Under the pieces are notes generated by a model. That model was not told the DNA's origin and did not search any database. It worked only from the letters and a program-made list of their open reading frames with translations. The position numbers and the translations under genes were made by a program. A DNA stretch of 64,000 nucleotides from the NCBI RefSeq assembly GCF_036321535.1, contig NC_087436.1, positions 3,968,001 through 4,032,000 of the forward strand, read 5' to 3'. This document shows, one piece after another, positions 37,345 to 50,950 of this stretch. The stretch's first letter is position 1; each line of letters opens with the position of its first letter. The stretch is from Camelus dromedarius. Taxonomy: Eukaryota.

Positions 37345-40300
37345 TTCTGGCACTCCTTCTAGAAATAGGAATTACTGATTAAACCTAATAAATATAAAAA
37401 TTAAAGGTACAAGATTTAATAAAATTGAGATAAAATTTTGTAAAATTGGTATATTTGAATGGGCTTTATATAAAACTTTTGCTTAATTATATTGTGGGAT
37501 AGATATATTTCAATGGAAAAACACTTCCCCTTCTTGGTATTATAAGGCTGAGCACATATCTGTCCCTTAGAAAGTATTAATTGAACAAAATAAAGGAAAC
37601 CAATAGAGTTACATGAGCCGTCCAGTATAACATAAAATTAAAAACTAATATTCAGTGGCTAATAAACAATAAAATAAGAGGTTTACCCTGGGTTTAACTT
37701 ATAACTCAAGGAAAAGAGACCTTACTAAATACATTATGCAAACTTTGGAAGACATGATAAAGTAAATCTTAAAGTTTTAAAACATGGAATTCTTTGTTTA
37801 CAGCTATTCTCACTGATACAAAAAAACCAATTAAGTAGATACAATTGCACCTGGGGGACAGAGCAGTTCTCTGGGGAACTGGAAGCGTGTGTCTTTGTCT
37901 TGCAGATCAGAAATATAAATACAGCAAACAGTGACCTAGGACTGAGCCTAATTAGCTCAATGAGATAATACTTAAGGCCAAGAAATTTTTGGCATTTTAG
38001 AACTCAGAACTCTGACGCGTCCTTCAGCATTTGTCAAGAATTCTTAAGTGTCTGTTTCATAAATAGTAAGCCTTAGTGATTTGAGCAAGCAAATTCAGCA
38101 TACTCCAACTATTATTATACCTAACTTATAAGTAAGTTTTAAAGTGAACCTATGAGATCTCTAGCTTTTGTCTGTTTATAAGCCTGCGTACACATTATAG
38201 ATGTGAGATATTTCTACAGCTAAAAAAAAAAAAAAAATCAAAGTCAAAGAGCTCTGCTTAATTGACGTAAAAAAATAAGAGCTTACAAATTAAGTATTTT
38301 TAAAATAAAAACTGACCAAATTGACTTTCAGCGTCACACGAACAGGAAAATATTCAATATTAAGATTATATTTGATATTGTTTAGTTTAAGTATGTTCTA
38401 ATTAATATAGAAATCTTTAAAGTCATCAATATTAAGTATAATACCATTACTGTACCTAGGTTTAATGAAAGTCAAATAAGATCCTGTTATATCTGTTGCA
38501 GATTTGCCAAGAAAAAAGATAGTAATGTGGTGTAGTAAAATTTTAAGTAAATTAAATGCAAATGAGGTGAGAGCTTTGGGTAAATTTTTAAAATATATTA
38601 TTAAAATGTATGCTTAAGATAATCTCTAAATGTTTGGGATCTTTAAATTCTAGAGTTGTGCTACATTAAGTTAAATGATAGGATTTTATTAAATAGCTAT
38701 GACATTTTCAGATAAAATAAGATTGAAATATGAATTATTTAACATTTAACTTACCCTTACAGAGAAACTAAAGGTGTTTAGAAATATTAATAAATGGTTG
38801 GTGCTACACTGAAATAATCTCTATTATTAAGGGTATTATCTCAGTATCCTAGGAAAGTAAGATAAATGTGTAAAGGAAGATATAAGAATGTAATTATATT
38901 TTGTTAATAAAAAATAGTGACTTTCTTCTGAAGCTGGTTACTTCTGAATGGAAGCGAAAATAAAGGACACACTAATGTGAGTATAGAAAGCTGTGGAAGG
39001 TTTGTGGAAGAGGAACCCTGAGGAAAGAGTTTTGTACGTGGTCAGAATTGGCTAAATTCAGAATCAACTTGGGCAAAGTAAATGAATCTTAGAAGTAATC
39101 TGGTAGAAGACTAGATTTGATTTTCTCTCTGTTAAGAGGAGAAAATTTTCTAAAAATGTTAATCCACCTTCAGTAACAAATTGTAAAGCTTCTTATACCA
39201 CATAACTGATCTGTTCTGCTTTTACCTTTGACGTACTTTCTTGTTAATGAAAAAGAACTACTTTACAGTGATCTATATGTTTATCTGACCAAGTGTTCTG
39301 AAAACTTTTAACAAGCTCCCCAAATATCAATTTCTAATTGAAGTTCTTTTAATCTCCAGTTAAGTTTGGGGTGCTACAGAGGGCCCCTGAAACATCCCAA
39401 AGAGAGATTTTAAACTAATAAGTTTCATTTGGCATGTTAAATAACATGGTATTGTCAAATGAATAATAGATCTTCCTAGGTTATATTGTATAAGAAAATA
39501 TTATTAATATACATATTCTAGAAATTATATGGACTCCCTAAAATTCTGGCATATCTGAAAAGTTACCAGTCATAATTCTGGTTATAGTGACCAGCTTTCT
39601 TTATCGATTATAGTGTAACGGTGTTTAACCATGCTTTTAAATCACTTGTCATTTATAGACAGTTAATTGTTTCCTTCTGATGATTTTGCAAAATGCTTTC
39701 TCTTCAAGGAGATTTATTGATTTCAAATAAATTTCAAACTATAGCACTGAACTAAACTGGGTAAGAAATTTTAAAGGTCTAATGAAAACTCTGATTAAAA
39801 GAATTAGTTACATGGGACTGAGTAAACTGGTGAATATGGTTATACTTTTTGATTTTGTCTGAAATACTACTGGCTTTTAACCTGTTTCCCAGACATAAAG
39901 AAACTCTTCTCCTTAAGCTAGTTATGATTCACAGAAATTTGATAAATTATACCTATGTAAGCAGACTTGGAACAGTAATCTTTTCTCTCTGTCTGATCCC
40001 TCAAGAGACTAAAAACTCTAAGGTCCCCAGTGGCTCTATCAGACAAATTAGGAAGATCATCTCCTAACAGATATAGCAATCTCAAGGTATTTTAAGGATT
40101 TTAAAGAGAAAAGAATTTACCTATATCTGTAAGGCAGAAATCCATGACAAGCCCTTGACGAGGCTTTCCGGGCCTTAGAAAACCTTATTAGCATTCTACC
40201 CTGAGAGTCCTTATTAAAAGTTCCAACACAGCCAATTTAAAAAAGCCTATATAATCAAATAATCAGACTTAGCTTGTAAACAAATTAATCTTGATTTGAC

Positions 40301-40523
40301 TATATTTGAGAAAACTGAGGGTAACTTTAGAGAGAAAAAAAATTATATTTTACTGGATATTAATTTCTAGTTTTGTTAATTGAGGTCTATATTTACTAAG
40401 ACACTTCCTAGATCATTCCTTGCTGTTATGTCACATTGCTGTAAAGGTTAATTGAATTATGAAAAGAATAATCTAGGTTTGTTTCTGAGGCTCAATAATC
40501 TATCCTTGGGTAAAGTTCCAATG

Positions 40524-40672
40524 CCCCATGACCTGCAGCCAGGGGATTATAAATACTGGAGCAGGCATGACTTAAAGAACTGTCTCCAACCTGAACGGAA
40601 GGACCCTTTACCAGGTACTCTTAACTAGACCATACACACCAAAGCTGAAGGAAATGGACTTTCAGATTCATT
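40524..40672 (+). pseudogene. Retroviral integrase C-terminal (GPY/F) remnant
   Basis: PHDLQPGDYKYWSRHDLKNCLQPERKDP-(frameshift)-YQVLLTRPYTPKLKEMDFQIH resembles the class I ERV motif H.LQPGD.V..K...L.P.WKGPYQVLLT...K....WIH. Confidence 0.8.
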
Positions 40673-41603
40673 TCCTATCAGAAACAGCCCCTGCAGTGCA
40701 CTGGCCTATAGAGCACTGCTCACCTTAAAACAATGCCCAAATGGAGAAAAAGCTACCAGGCCAGGATGAGAAGAAGACAACATCTGAAGACAAGATCTGA
40801 AGACAACAACTGCAGACCCAAGACATCGGACCAGGCCTGTATGCCAATTACTTTGATAATTTCTCCTACCTTTGATTATGAACTACTCCAATTGTTAAGT
40901 TTATGGTAAATTACCTATGTCTAGTACTTCTGTGTTACCTTGGTGGGTTTCCCTACTCCAAGGCTCTAACTAGATAGCCCTCAGAAACGTTATTCTAAAA
41001 AGAAATTATAGTTCTGTTTAGGCCACTGTTGATCTTACAAGGTGGGAGTCCTCACCTGGCCAATTAATACCTGCTGTGACCCTGACCATAAATATGAAAT
41101 TTCTCATAAGATCACTCAAACTCAATCGGAAACACAAGCAAAATTTTAACCGAAAAATATAACTTCTCGACTATTAAATTCTTACTCATGACTTTATTAA
41201 CGTTACTAGCTTTATTACTTATATCCTGTCTATATAATAAAATTGTTGTCTGTTACATTTCCCAATGTGTAACTAGGCCTACAAGATTGATGATGGCTAA
41301 ACATCTTGAAGAAATAGATAAAATTTATAACTCTGTGTAAAATAATTGTAATAGTGTGATTCTAGTTATGGGAATGAGCAACGAAGGGTAAACAATTCCT
41401 GGATCATAATAGACTAGTAAGACAGGCGATCCAGAGAACTTTTAGTATCAACAGGGCCTGATAAAAAAAAACTAACACCTTGAATGGCAGCTCAGAAGAT
41501 TCTTCACCTGAACTAGGAATGAGCCGTCCTAGCACCGTGGGACAAAATTGGTCATGAAATGTCTCTCAAAATATTGGTCGAATTTAGGACCAAGGGGGAG
41601 CAC

Positions 41604-42090
41604 TGTGAATGAAAGTACTACAATGTGAATGAAAATACTGCAACCATGTCACTAACAAAGAATGCTGAAACCAAGTCATCAGTGGCTGCTGCAACACCCC
41701 AGCGAGGACAGACCTGCAGCCCAGCCTCTCAGCCACTCACATTGGTGCCCTCTGAGTGGACTCAGAATAAGAAAGGACAGGATAATTGCCCTAGATAGCT
41801 AGGTGCTTGTTGAAGTATGAATTCAGTGAGTCCAAATGTTTGCTTCCTCCCATACATAGAAAACCACTAAATAATTGAACTTGAGATACCTGGATTTCTT
41901 TAGATAACAAGCAATCTTTTATTGTTCCAACCACCTGGTCTTTGTTGTAAAGCTCCTATATATCCTAGCTCCTCCCATACCTCTTGGGAGCAGTCCCTCA
42001 GACTGATCTGAGAGGCTGTCATCTTGGCTCGAGTCCTCCTGCCAAATGAAACACAACTCTTAATTTTAGGCTGAACGTTTATTTCAATCA
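41604..42090 (+). mobile_element. 3' LTR
   Basis: Follows the PPT, is a direct repeat of 34873-35363, and ends tca|agtc. Confidence 0.93.
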
Positions 42091-45000
42091 AGTCCCAGAA
42101 TAGACACAACTCATCACTTCTGTAATGGAACACACTGGATCAGGAACCAAAAGCGTGTTCTAGTCCTGAAAACTACTGGTTCCTCTTTCTTCCTGTCATT
42201 ATACAATCCCACCAGAACTCATTACTTTGCTGTCTGCTCATCTGGTAACCAAACTCAGATAACAGTCAACTCAGCAGACTGCCCTACTGGGGAGAACAGC
42301 TGGCAACAGCACTGCGGGTTGCCTGACCTCCCGCAAGCTCTGCCAACCCCTAGTGTCCTCCATGGAGACCAGGTCAACAAAGTCCCACACGTTAAGTAAA
42401 TCATTTTATTTTATACGATATGTTACATATATACCCATCTCTGAAAACAGCTTTGCCAGAATCCCAAACCTTCAACATTAATCTGCAAAGGCAAATCCGG
42501 TCCCCAAGTGAAAACAAGTCTTAAGACGACGCTAAGGCCTCCAAAGTTCTCTCCACGACCATCAACCAAACTGCCTGCAGGTCTGCAGCTGCAGGCGGCT
42601 ACATGTCTGTTTTTAAAGCAACCCCTTCCTGCCCTCGGGTGCTACAATGTCCCTCTACGCCCTCCCATCTCAGGGTAAGAGCAGCCGCTGCAGAACCTTG
42701 CAGGGCAGCACTGACAGTACTGGACACAGAGGATCAGAGCTAAACTAAGCCTTCTGATGACACGAGCTTGTCACTCTGTCACTTTACAGATGAAGATATA
42801 TATAGAGAGATAGGTGGGGTGATCTTGCTCAAAGTCACACAGCTAGTAAGTGGCAAAGTCTATAACTCTGCTCCTCCCTCCGGCGTGACGCCCCATCTGG
42901 GACACCCACAGGGTTCTCTCGTGCCTGCCTGACCAGTCCTTTCCTGTCACTCATAACCCACCACAGTGTCTGACCCTAGCCTGCCTTTCAGCATCTTTTC
43001 CCTCCAGTCTCTCAGGAACAAGGCTGCTCTGGCCACTGTATGACTTCCAGCTTCCCAAACCCTCCGTGCTCATGCTGGTCTTGCCTGAGCATCCGGCTCC
43101 CTGCTCAAAGGCTTTTCCTCCATTGCAGGAGGACGTTTCCACTCTCCACAGGGACACCCCCCTCAGAGGAGCCCTCTTCTTGCCCTCAGAACGTCATGTG
43201 TCCCAGGCCACATCCCTAGCTGCCCCATTAGGACTGTGGGGGCCCAGGTCTGCTAGTCAGACCAGCAGCCTCAGAGCCAGGGATTATGCCCGGGTCACCC
43301 TGCAAACCTACTGCCCGCCTCACAGCCCCCAGCCAGCAGGTCACCTGGAAGTCACAGCAAGTGCCCCACCCAATCCAGAAGTCTCTTCATTTGCCAGCAC
43401 GGCTGACGGCTGGTTTCCAACCTTTGGTCAGTTTTGCAAAAAACAGCACCTTCCACTGTGAACCGGGGGGGTTTTGCTTCTGCTACCCACCCTTACTGGA
43501 AACGTCAAGGGAAACCAAAAGGCCTTCTCTCAACACTTTTTTGATGACACCCACCCACCCACAATACTCAAATGCTCAAGAGAATTGGGTCCACGTGATT
43601 TTGTTTCCCTTACACTAAGTGGCCAAAACACTGCGGGATTCTTTCTCTTTTGAGGGTATTTGTACTCAGTTTATCGGCTTTAATCTGTTTTTGTCTCTCT
43701 CTTCAGTATCTCTAGCAGTTGCCACTTCTTACTCCCTTCAGCAGCCTCCCTCCCAACATCAAGTCTAGGAAATCAGCTGTGATGAGGGGCCCGGGGGCAG
43801 TCACAGAAGATGCATCTAAGGCACAGAGAGGCGACATAATTTGCCCAAGGTGATCAGCTTCAACCCCCAACAGTGTGTGTCACGTCCCTCTGTTTAACTC
43901 TTATGCTAAGCAAGTTAAGTTTTTGTAGATTATACTTATAAACAGATGAGGTATCAAAATATATACAAGGGCACACATCTACTCTAAGATGTTCATTAAC
44001 TCCACTATTTTGTTTCTATTTATTTTATTTCTGTTAAAAAAAATTAAGAACCTCTGCAGTCAATATAGCAAAATGTTACTGGGTTTTAAATCCAGAATAT
44101 AGAGGTGTTAAGTGTGTCATTACTCATCTTTATTTGTATGTTCACAAGACAAAATGATTTGAAAGTCTCTCTCCCCTCCCCCTACTCACTACTGGCTCTC
44201 ACCTGAGCTCCCAGACCACACATCCAGCAGCCTTTCACTTTACCCACAGCTGAACTCATCAGATTTTCCCCAGAACTCCCTCTGCAGCTTTCCCTCATCA
44301 CAGCACAGCAGGGCTATCATTTACCTCATTAATCCACCCAGAAACCTGGGCCTTACTCCATTCTACCTTCACAGACAGCATTCATCCTTTCCTTTTTACC
44401 ATCGAAACATGTCTTCAATCTGTTCGCTTTTACCCACTGACCGTCCCACCGATCAAGTGGAAGCCACCAACACTGCCCACCTGGACTCACGAGTCTCCCA
44501 AGTGGCCCTACAGCCGCTCGCCCCTATTTGAGACAAATGGGATTGTGTCACTCCCGCGCTTTTAGGACTCTTTTCAAACCCACTTTTCTTAGAAGAAACT
44601 CCAAGTTCTTCACCTAGTGAAGGTCTTTGTCATCAAACTGTCAGCTCAGGGAGGGCAGGACACGCCCTCACTCCTTGGCCCAGCCCTCTGGCAGAGCATC
44701 AGCTTGGGAGGACCTGCTGAGATACACCAGCCTGTATTCTAAACCTGGTCTTGAGTTCTTAACAAATTGCTTCACTTATCCATACAAATCCAAGGTAGAT
44801 TAGAAAGATTTTAGATGTTGAGCTACACTATTGATTTGGGGATTTTGCACTAGCAACCTGCAAGTACATGTTCTAATGATTCTGTCTTCTAAAAACCACA
44901 CCCAGATTTAAGTAGTACTTGTGGAATGTCTTCGGAGTAAAAGGGACTGTACTTTTACAGACTTTATATTTTATAACATGAACAACCCGCACAGGGTCAC

Positions 45001-45320
45001 AAATGGAACCGCCTCACAAGTGACAGAAGACAGGTGAGAGGCATATAGCAACAGGTCACAAAGATGGTAAGAGCAAAGTTGATTCTCCAACCCCCAAAAA
45101 AATTCCTCAAGGAACTGAAAACTCTGAATTTTGAAAGTAAAATACTATAATATAAAGAAATAAAATAAATAATCCTCCTCATCAGGGTATTAAGATCTGA
45201 CTCCAGAATTTTTAGTATACCATACTGAATCCTAGCACAGAAAAATCAGATGGACTAGTGGTGAATAATTTCCAGGAAAACTGCAGTAATTCCTCCACTT
45301 GTAAAAGGACATACACTCAC

Positions 45321-45439
45321 CTGTCAAGGTGAATGTAAACCACATTCTGGAGAAATTCGGAAGCTTCCAGGCTCCGCTTCTGGATGTCAAGGACACGGAC
45401 AGCTTTGAAGCATGCTTCTGAGTCACCAGCATTCTTACA
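45321..45439 (-). pseudogene. TRAPPC9: TRAPPC9 pseudo-exon (human exon 7 equivalent), 119 nt
   Basis: ctgcag|TGT AAG AAT...CAC CTT GAC AG|gtgag translates to [38 protein letters not shown]. Recalled human is [43 protein letters not shown] 6-bp deletion and a 1-bp frameshift are present. Confidence 0.94.
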
Positions 45440-46628
45440 CTGCAGGGGGAAAGGAGGCCCCCAGTCAAGAGCAGAGATGTTAGTGTCACATCTCGCAGGC
45501 CGTGCCTCGGGGACTCAGTGCCCTGCAGCAGCCCGGCCCCAGGCGAGGACCAGCAGCGTGGCCCACCCAAGCAGGAGGGGCACTGTGCTTGAGAAAGCCC
45601 ATCCCCGATGGGGGCAAGAGGGGCTGGTGGGGTTGTGTGAACCTATAAATGCTCACAGAAATACACCTACATACAATCAAGTGCTACAATTAAAAGTAGA
45701 AGGCTATTTAACAAAATTTCAATTGTCAGTGTTAATTTTGCCATTCCTTTCCGCTTGTCCCCTGCACTCTGAGACAGGCTTAGGCTCTCTCACACCGGCA
45801 GCTCTGATGCAATAGTTGTGAAGTTATTTTACTTTGCTGCAAGTGTCTTCACTCCCCGTGTCGCTGTGACTGTCGTCTCTTAACACAGTCAGATGTCTTC
45901 CTGGATCTCTCCCTGCGTTCCTTGCTCCTGCTTCTCAGATCCTAAGATAAAGGGCAAGTGAAGACACATGACTATAAAGGCACTGTGGACTTGACTAAAG
46001 CCTTCAGTGACCCCCTAGGTGAGTGCTTCCCACCACTTACCTTCGATTCTCAAGGTTCTGCCCAGGGTGACATCCAGACAGGATAGCGTCCTGGGCCAAT
46101 TAAATGCTGTGTGGCTTGGGCGCACTGACAGGTGCAGGAGCTGGTTCCGGAGCCGGGCACCTCCCCACCTCTGCTCGTCTCTCTCCCAAAGCCACGCTTC
46201 CAAGCCCCCAGGCTCCCTAATCTTCTGTCCTTCTCTTCTACTTTACTCCAAGCCCTTTTCCTCTTCCTTTATTCCCTACTTATCCCCAGCTGGAGTGATT
46301 TTTCAATCACAGTATCTGAAAAAATTTCCTGCAGCTGAAAAAGAGGACTCCAGAGGTCAATGCCCATATGCTGGTTCTTGAAGAGAGCCCCAGGTTAGGG
46401 AGACCCTCACCAACACTCACAGGGAATCAGACATGTTGCAGGGTCGACCACCCCCAACAAGAGTTTGCTGTGACCCCAAGGCATGCACAGCATCCCTGCT
46501 CACAAAAATGTAGTTGGCTCATTTATCCATTATTAAGAAGAAAAATTAAAAATTGTTCATGTTTCTTACTAAAATTATTTATGAGGTGGAAAAAGAAATT
46601 GTAATAGAAAAGAACAAATTTGACTTCA

Positions 46629-47142
46629 TGTTAGATATGTTCCTTTGGCTTTAAACCTGTGCCCTGTTTTCTAGGCTCAGACTTGCTAGCTCTGTACCTT
46701 TTGTAAAAGAAAGTTGCCTTTAGCCTGAAATATCCAGGAGGGCCTATTCTGCGGGCTCTGATCTTTAAGGATGTTAGCTCTTCTACACTTATGTAGAGAT
46801 GGCAAGTTGCAAAATAGAGAATAACCTTTTTTTTTTTTTTTTTGGAGGTTTTAAAGGGTAACCATGATTTGACCCACATGGACAGCTGCAAGAACAAATG
46901 ATTCCAAGGAAAACAATTCGTACAGCAAGAAGTTTGCAACAACCAACCACACCCCCGCCCCTTTTTAGTATAAAAGGAGACTGAATTCTGACTTGGGGAA
47001 GAGGGTTCTCCAGGATATCAGTATGCCATCTTCTGGGTCTGCCAGCTTTTCAAATAAAGTCACTATTCCTTGCTCTAACACCTCATCTCCCGATTTACTG
47101 GCCTGTCATTCAGCAAGCAGAACTAGTTTGGACGTGGTAACA
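46629..47142 (+). mobile_element. Solo ERV1-type LTR (MER34/MER39-like 3' end)
   Basis: TGTTAG...GGTAACA termini, tataaaa at ~46969 and aataaa at ~47053. Confidence 0.85.
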
Positions 47143-49559
47143 AAATGACTTCATTGGAGGTAGTATGTCTCCACTGTTTCCTCATTTCCAATATGTCACA
47201 ACCTATCAACTTTATATGCTGTTTAACAACACAACCAAAAAACCTAACATAGGGAATTGATTCCACGGAAATAAAATTATTTCTACTCCTTCAAAACTTT
47301 TTTTTCTTTTCTATTTTATTTGTTTTGCTTATTTAAAAGAAAAAAAGTCAAATCTATTTATTTCACGTATTTTTGTTATAGCTGCATATTTTAAATACTA
47401 AAAAGATATTTAAATTGCAATAAAAAATTGTTCATATATTAGTGTAAAGATATATAAACAATCAATGTGGATTAGGAAAGGTATGGATATTTACTAAAAA
47501 TCCACAGCACATCCAGTCTTTTACAAGCATATCCTGGAATATAAGCTCTATGATCCAGGGGTCCACCACCCACATTCTCACTGCCGAGTTCCTTAGTAAT
47601 CAACTACCAAGGCACCAACATAGAAAGACGCGATCAGTATTTTAGGTATAAATGAGGGAATTAGCTCATTCAATTCTATTAAAAAAAAAAAAAACCCTTA
47701 AAATAATTACTGAACTTACAAAGAAAATTGGACACAAAAAATTACAGTTTCTTCCCAAGTCACAAAGCTAATAACTGGTAAAGGCAAGATTTGAACTCAT
47801 CTGCCTGATTCTAAAAACTAGGTGGAAATCCCATTTGACTGTGGAGGGTCCAGCAGCACAGCCTATCACCATATCTTTGTTCAGATCTAGCCTTAGACAG
47901 CCTGAGACAGCACCCCATTCCTATGGAACTCAAGGGCAAATGATATCAATAAGGATTTTATATTAAGTAGTTTCTTAGGTCTCATTTATATAAAGTGTCA
48001 GCAGGTCAGCAGAAAATCTCTGGGAAATATGAGTGGATCCAGAGCTTTTTGCTGATTAGAAACTCAGTCTACCAGGAGAGAGTGACCTTCCCATGAGAGG
48101 CCACATGGACATAAACTAAAGGCAGGTGAGCAATGAAAACTAACAAGACCCTGGAACTCAAGCAAGAAGGACCCCTGCCATCCCCTGCCCAGTTGCCTCT
48201 TTGCCCGCATGGACATGATGGCAGAAGACCCAGGTTCTTGTCAAGTTACACCATCATGGGTTCTCACCCATAAAAAGTTACGGCTCTATGCTCTTAAGTA
48301 CTTTCCAACTTAAATATAATGAAACCAATATCTCAGCAGAATGTCTATATCTCCACTTCCTCCCTTCTATTAGGAGAATATTTCTATGGCAACAAAACAG
48401 AAATCCAATTAAAAACACCATGCAAGAAGCAGGGAGAAAGTCTGCATAAGAGACTTTGTTCTCACTCTCAGTGAATGAAAACACAGAAAAAGTGTTCCTT
48501 CTCCCTCAGCAAGTGGGAGGTAGCCTGATTGTGTGTGTGTGTGCGTGTGTGTGTGTAAATCAAATACAATGAATTCTGGGATATTTACAGATTTTTTTAT
48601 CTTACTGTCATTTCATGAGGATGAGACAACCTTTAAAGTAATTTGAATCTAGTGTTCTGAGAGAGTCTCAGGCTCTTTTGGTGGAGGAGGGGAAAGGGGA
48701 AAGGAAAGAAGGAAAGAAGGAAATGAAGCAAAGGAGTACGAATACTGCTAGGGAAAGGCAAGACATTAATTTTGTTCCTAATTACATCACACACAAATTA
48801 TGGACTGGCTTTCCCCCATGTCTTGTCAAGCACTGAGTTGCAGAAGAAGAGGTGACAGCCCATTTCTTACTGAGCTTGTGATTGTACGTGGCATCTTATA
48901 GACACAAATCATTTACCCTGATCAAACACTCTAGCAGCAGGCCGTAATTCTCCTCTTTTGAGAGACAAGAAAACAGGTGTTCAAAGAGGGTATATAAGTT
49001 CACAAAAGTCAGAGGGCCAGTAAACAAGAGAGGATGAATTCAAACTCAGATCTGAATGCAGAGTCTCATCTTCCCACTCCCAGGACTGGAAAATCCTTAA
49101 CACACAGGCTCCCCAGCTCCCCTGCAGTGTTCCTGGCACCAAGCATTTCCCATAGCGATGGTCTCCAGTTCTCACAGTCACAGCGCTCTGTGCAGCCAAT
49201 GGCCTCCATCGGACCTTGATCATCTACCTGCCACGCCCACCAGGCTTCACCATAAAGGCAGGAAAGCTGGCTTTCAAGTGCATACAAAGCCACCCCCGGT
49301 CTAACCTGGGCTCTTCTGCGGCTTCTCCAGCCTAAAGGCAGCCATGAAACTGCTCAGAGTTTGTACATGAGCCACACTACCTCTCTCCATCTGTATCCCC
49401 ACCTATACTACTTAGCTATGACCATTTTGATAATCTTGGAAACAAATTTTTAAAAACAGAAAAGAAAGCATTCTGGAACAAATACTTAATACTTCCAATT
49501 TTAAATGACAAGTTACAAAGTGAGTATTTACAAACCAAATCTGCCTTCCTAGGTGTCAG

Positions 49560-50950
49560 TTTTAACAGTTAAAAAATATAATAGCAAAAAAATTCTCATG
49601 TACAAAATTAACAAAGACATCAACAATAATCTGGAATAAACTCAAAATTAAAGCCCAAGTTCTACATGGAGAAAACTACTGGACTCTACTGAGGTGTAAA
49701 GTAAGAGGTGTGAATGTAGAGACATCAACATATTGCATGGAGGAAAGCAGTTTTGTAAAGATGTAAGTTCTCCTAAAGATAATTCAAAACTTACTAAAAA
49801 ATCCCATGAAAATCCTATCTGTTTTTTTTTAACTTGAACAAAGTATTTTAGAATTCTTCAGGAATAATAAAGTCATAATACTAGCCAAGAAAATTTGGGA
49901 TGGAAGAAAAGAATAAAAAAAAAATAACACTTTCAGATATTAAATAAATTTTTACAATATGTAAGATATAGCGCTAGAGTAAGAAAGTAAAATTGACAGA
50001 AATAAACCATGAGCTCAAAAAGAGACTCTAGTGTGCATAAGTATATTGTACAGGTGGGATTTCAAATCAAAGAGCAAAGTATGAATTCAATAATTGTCCT
50101 GGGACAATCAGACAATCACCTGGAAAGAACAAATTATATTCCTGTGCTAATGACCACAAGAAAAATTACAGAAAGTGATGTAAATATTAAAATACTAATA
50201 ACAACAATTGCAACTCTTTGCACATATTAATTCAACTTCTCCTCACTATAACAAGTACTATTATCATCTCCATCTTAGAGATTAAAAAAACTTACACAAT
50301 AGATTTATATCATTATAAGAAAGTGTTTCTAAGAATAATACCAAAGATAAAACCCAAAAGGAAGACATTTACAATCTTAAAAATATTTTGGGCCACAACG
50401 AAAATAAAAAACCTACTGAACAAAATGAAAGGCAAGAAATGACAAGAAAAAGCTCTGTGATACATGTTGATGAAGGCAAGGGGTTAATGTTCATAACATA
50501 CAAAGAGCTGTTCACAAAGCAACAAGAAGCTCCCTCACTTAAATGTGTGCAAAGGACAAAAGGGATCATTCACTTTTAAAAAGTCAGATGGCTAATGAGT
50601 GAAAAATGCTCAATACCTCACTGGTCATCAAATGCAAACTAAAACAATGAAAAAGCACTTTTGCTCATCATATTGTCAAATATTTATAAAAGATATTCTA
50701 GCTAGTGTCCATCTGTGAGAGAACAAACTGTGAGCGACTTTTTGGAGGATGACATGTCAATGGATATGTAAACTCTGAAAAACGTGTGTACACACAGACT
50801 CAACTCAACTTCTAGGAATCTTTTCATTTAGAAAAATAATCAATTCAAAAATATGTACTCATCAGAGCATTTACACAGCACTGTTTACAATGTTGGGAAG
50901 AAAAGCTGAAGTGAAATCATATCCAGTGATAGAAAATTGGTTACATAAGT
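49560..50950 (+). mobile_element. Very old L1 (L1ME-like) fragment
   Basis: Degenerate A-rich ORF2/3' motifs (tgtaaagatgtaagttctcc, atgaaaggcaa, aatgcaaactaaaacaatga, cagcactgtttacaat). Confidence 0.7.

Larger units (their letters stand above)
34873..42090 (+). mobile_element. Full-length ERV1/gammaretrovirus-like provirus with no intact ORFs, antisense to the TRAPPC9 copy
   Basis: Two ~490-bp LTRs, TSD agtc (34869-34872 and 42091-42094), PBS-like 35371-35388 and PPT aagggggag just before 41604. The interior is AT-rich and degenerate. Confidence 0.95.
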
